From Dehalococcoidia bacterium (lineage in GTDB: Bacteria; Chloroflexota; Dehalococcoidia; Lucifugimonadales; Australimonadaceae), in assembly GCA_963577205.1 (NCBI GenBank), contig CAUYXS010000001.1:1-27749 (forward strand): 27,749 bases of DNA, given 5' to 3'. Of this stretch, positions 24,927-27,749 are shown one piece after another (the first letter of the stretch is position 1; every line of letters starts with the position of its first letter). The translations under genes and the position numbers were made by a program. The notes under the pieces were generated by a model, which worked only from the letters and a program-made list of their open reading frames with translations, did no database searches and had not been told where the DNA came from.

Positions 24927-25502
24927 ATGGTCTTGAGCGATCGCACGATCAGGGAAGAATTGGCCAAAGGGCGCATCATCGTCACGCCTTTGACTGAGGA
25001 CTGCATTCAGCCGGCCAGCGTCGACCTGCGCCTTGACCGCCGCATCCTGGTTTTCCGCAACAACCGAGTGCCCTACGTGGACATACGCGCCGACACTGAG
25101 CGTCTGACGGACATGGTCACCATGGCGGACGACGACCCGTTCATGCTGCACCCCGGCGAGTTCGTCCTGGGGAGCACGCTCGAGCACGTGGAAGTCCCCG
25201 ACGACCTGGTGGCGCGCCTCGAGGGCAAGAGTTCGCTGGGCCGCATAGGTCTGCTCATCCACTCCACGGCCGGCTATGTCGACCCAGGGTGGAAGGGCAA
25301 CCTCACGCTGGAACTCAGCAACGTTTCCAGCCTGCCTATCACGCTCTATCACCGAATGAAGATTGGCCAGATCTCTTTCCTGCGCTTGACGACGCCGGCG
25401 GAGAACCTCTATGGGTCCAAGGAGCTCGGCTCCAAGTACCAAGGGCAGAGCATGCCGACGGCCTCGCGGATCTCAAAGGAGTACGAGGGCGGCAACCGCT
25501 AG
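24927..25502 (+). CDS. dcd: dCTP deaminase
   Basis: LSDR.I, IQPASVDLRL, LHPGEFVLGSTLE, ARLEGKSSLGRIGL.IHSTAGYVDPGWKG.LTLE, KIGQISF, KYQGQ. Upstream gcTATCCT (24898-24903) and GGAG. Confidence 0.96.
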   Translation: MVLSDRTIREELAKGRIIVTPLTEDCIQPASVDLRLDRRILVFRNNRVPYVDIRADTERLTDMVTMADDDPFMLHPGEFVLGSTLEHVEVPDDLVARLEGKSSLGRIGLLIHSTAGYVDPGWKGNLTLELSNVSSLPITLYHRMKIGQISFLRLTTPAENLYGSKELGSKYQGQSMPTASRISKEYEGGNR

Positions 25503-25515
25503 GTAGCGTGAACCT

Positions 25516-25542
25516 CTCGTGTTGAGCTTGCCGAAGCACGAG
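25516..25542. repeat. REP-like hairpin at the convergent dcd/yraN junction
   Basis: CTCGTG-ttgagcttgccgaag-CACGAG. The loop resembles the widespread (T/C)GAGCTTGTCGAAG intergenic repeat, from recollection and not searched. Confidence 0.4.
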
Positions 25543-25622
25543 CGCCCATTGGCTGCTCTTGCTCACCCTCACTCGCTTCCCGGCCCCGCGCTGGGGAGGA
25601 GGGGAGTCGATGGGAATAGGCG

Positions 25623-25807
25623 CTAGCCTTCCCCGATGTCGATGCTGCGGTAGTAGCGGACGTTAGGCCCGTCGCCATCCAAGGTGATGTCGACCTTCCC
25701 GTAGTGTGTGCGCATGTTGCGTTCGATGATGCGTAGGCCGAGCGCTTGGAGATGGTCGGAGGGATGTTCTCGCCGCGCGTGCTCAGGCGGCTACGGGCAC
25801 TAGGCAT
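25623..25807 (-). pseudogene. yraN: YraN (UPF0102) family remnant, frameshifted and 3'-truncated
   Basis: ATG 25807 overlaps the rnhB end and gives MPSARSRLSTRGENI. After a 1-nt shift at about 25762 the reading continues SDHLQALGLRIIERNMRTHYGKVDITLDGDG, then diverges to TAG at 25623. This matches YraN G.RGE..A..YL...G..I.ERN.R...GEIDLI..DG. The position after rnhB is the usual one. Confidence 0.8.
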
Positions 25808-26474
25808 CGGCGGCGAACAGCAGAGGGCGCATCGGCGAGAAACTGCGGCGGTGCTGCGGGCTGGGGCCCAAGGCCGCGATGGCGGCCAAGTGAAAGGCCG
25901 AGGCGTAGCCCTTGTGACCGCCCAGCCCGTACCCGGGGTAACGTTCGTCATACGCACGCATGAGCGCGTCGCGGTAGACCTTCGCGACGACGGAGGCGGC
26001 GGCGACGGCCGAGCACAGCAGGTCGCCCTTCACGATGGGCGTGCAAGGCCGCAGGTGCCAGTCGATGCCGGCCTTGCCGTCGACTAGCAGATGGTCCGGT
26101 GGCGGGTCCAGTTGATCGAGCGCGATCCGCATCGCAAGCTTCGTCGCCGGCATGATGCCAATCTCGTCGATCTGGGCCGACGACACCTCGCCGATGCCGA
26201 TTGCCAGCGCGATCCCGCGCACCACGCTGTCGCCGCGCTCGCGCTGGCGTTCGGTCAGGGATTTGCTGTCTTGGATCAGGTCGAGGTCCCGGGCTCGCGA
26301 GCCTTTCAGGTCGGGCAGGATGACAGCTCCGGCCACCACCGGGCCCGCCAGCGGACCTCGGCCCACCTCATCCACGCCAGCGACCTGTACGAAGCCCGAC
26401 TCCCAGAGCCGACGCTCCTCTGCCTGTGTCGCTACGATGCGAAACCTCGGCTCCGCCTTGGTCGCACCGGTCAT
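25800..26474 (-). CDS. rnhB: Ribonuclease HII
   Basis: AGVDEVGRGPLAGPVVAGAV, DSK.L, LLVDG, IVKGD...AVAAASVVAKVYRD, HKGY, HRRSF; SD GGAGG. Confidence 0.97.
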   Translation of the reverse strand: MTGATKAEPRFRIVATQAEERRLWESGFVQVAGVDEVGRGPLAGPVVAGAVILPDLKGSRARDLDLIQDSKSLTERQRERGDSVVRGIALAIGIGEVSSAQIDEIGIMPATKLAMRIALDQLDPPPDHLLVDGKAGIDWHLRPCTPIVKGDLLCSAVAAASVVAKVYRDALMRAYDERYPGYGLGGHKGYASAFHLAAIAALGPSPQHRRSFSPMRPLLFAADA

Positions 26475-26564
26475 CTCAGCCTCCCTCGGTGTAGGTCTCG
26501 GCCCGTCCGGGCGGTTGGCCCCCAGCGTAGTGACGCCTTCCAGCCCTGGTGAGTCGCTAGCCCC

Positions 26565-27662
26565 CTAGCCTTCGGGGCCTTCGATGTAGCCGCCGCCGAT
26601 GACCTCATCACCATCGTAGAAGACCGCGGCCTGACCCGGCGTGATGGCCCGCTGTGGCTCGTCGAACCGCAGTACGGCGTCGGTCCCTGACGGCTCCAGC
26701 GTCGCCGGCAGTGCTCTTGCGTTATAGCGAATCTTGGCCTCGACCCGCACGGGGTCGGAGGGCTCGGCTTCGCCGATGTAGTTGACGCTCGCAACCCGGA
26801 CCCCGCTGTGTATTAAATCGGCCTCGGAGCCGAGGACAACCCGGCCGGTGTCGGCCTCCACTCGCGTCACGAAGAGGCGCTCGCCGGTGCTCACGCCGAG
26901 CCTGCGCCGCTGGCCAACGGTGAAGAATTCGATGCCCGGGTGCTCACCTAGCACCCGGCCTGCGGTGTCAACGAGCTGGCCCCGTTGCGGAGTGACTCGG
27001 TCCCTCAGGAACGCGCGATAGTCGTCCTGCGGGATGAAGCAGATCTCCTGGCTATCGGCCTTGTTGGCGAGGTGTAGGCCTGCTTCGACGGCCAGCTGCC
27101 GAATGCCGGCCTTGGTGTGGTGGCCGACCGGGAGCAGGACGCGGCTGAGCTGGCGCTGCGTGAGCCCGAACAGCACGTAGGACTGGTCCTTGCCGGTGTC
27201 GACGCCGCGCAGCAGGCGGTGCAGGCCAGAGCCTGCCGAGGCCGTGCGCGCGTAATGACCCGTCGCGATGAAGTCGGCGTCCATGGCCGTGGCGCGATTG
27301 AGGAGGAAGTCGAACTTGATGCGGTCGTTGCAGGCGATACACGGGTGGGGCGTTCGCCCCCGCTGGTACTCGGCGACGAAGTAGTCGATGACGTGAGCCC
27401 GGAACTCGCGCTCGACGTTGAGCACGTAGTGCGGGATACCGATGGTCTGGCAGACGCGGCGCGCGTCTTCAATGTCGTCGATAGAGCAACATCCCTGGTG
27501 GTCGGGTGTGATTGCCCGGTCGTCAGCCGACCATAGCCGCATGGTTACGCCGATGACGTCGTAGCCCTCGCGATGGAGAAGGTAGGCGGCGACCGACGAA
27601 TCGACGCCACCCGACATGGCGACGACGACGCGCGGCTTGTTTGCGAGGTGCGGGGAGTCCAC
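26565..27662 (-). CDS. mnmA: tRNA-specific 2-thiouridylase
   Basis: VAMSGGVDSSV, CC, TPHPCIACNDRIKF, IATGHYAR, KDQSY.L, DSQEICF, TVGQRR, ITPGQAAVFY. Confidence 0.97.
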   Translation of the reverse strand: MDSPHLANKPRVVVAMSGGVDSSVAAYLLHREGYDVIGVTMRLWSADDRAITPDHQGCCSIDDIEDARRVCQTIGIPHYVLNVEREFRAHVIDYFVAEYQRGRTPHPCIACNDRIKFDFLLNRATAMDADFIATGHYARTASAGSGLHRLLRGVDTGKDQSYVLFGLTQRQLSRVLLPVGHHTKAGIRQLAVEAGLHLANKADSQEICFIPQDDYRAFLRDRVTPQRGQLVDTAGRVLGEHPGIEFFTVGQRRRLGVSTGERLFVTRVEADTGRVVLGSEADLIHSGVRVASVNYIGEAEPSDPVRVEAKIRYNARALPATLEPSGTDAVLRFDEPQRAITPGQAAVFYDGDEVIGGGYIEGPEG

Positions 27663-27674
27663 GCAACTAGCGTA
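27663..27674 (-). promoter_or_regulatory. -10 box TACGCT 6 nt before the mnmA GTG (leaderless layout)
   Basis: The minus strand reads TACGCT-agttgc-GTG, with no SD sequence. Confidence 0.45.
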
Positions 27675-27749
27675 CAGGATCGGCTCGCGCTGCGCCCCCG
27701 TGCGCGCTAGCTGGCCCGCATTAGCGTCAGCGAGTAGCGGCCGCCCAGC

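Noticed and set aside
1-27749. CRISPR arrays, tRNA/rRNA genes, transposases, integrases, prophage or defence islands
   Set aside because: No regularly spaced repeats, cloverleaf or rRNA signatures, or mobile-element motifs were seen by eye. The window is densely filled with core genes.

Overview
GC-rich bacterial core-genome window. Gene content and protein style suggest Chloroflexota, probably Dehalococcoidia-like; this is an inference. Minus strand, in transcript order: ribD-ribE-ribBA, a structured ~330 bp gap (6S RNA candidate), ribH-yqeY-purQ-two half-size EamA genes-purL, then rplI (truncated by the window edge). A long-form thiE (+) converges on a complex I-like operon, nuoB-C-D-H-I-J-K-(small DUF2007-like gene)-L-M-N (-). 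That operon has its own promoter and lacks nuoA and nuoEFG. Divergent from it is a translin/TRAX (C3PO-type) homologue, followed by a predicted K+-activated Na+-pumping pyrophosphatase, an SDR lacking the catalytic triad, and dcd (+). These converge on mnmA-rnhB-yraN (-), where yraN is frameshifted and truncated. Four genes have a -10 hexamer exactly 6 nt before the start codon, a leaderless layout. No tRNA, rRNA, CRISPR array, transposase, integrase or canonical riboswitch was seen. The most interesting items are the bacterial translin/TRAX with a retained acidic active site, the 6S-like RNA candidate, the split EamA pair inside purQ-purL, and the nuoA-less complex I-like operon with an embedded small gene. 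All calls come from reading the sequence by eye; no searches were run.
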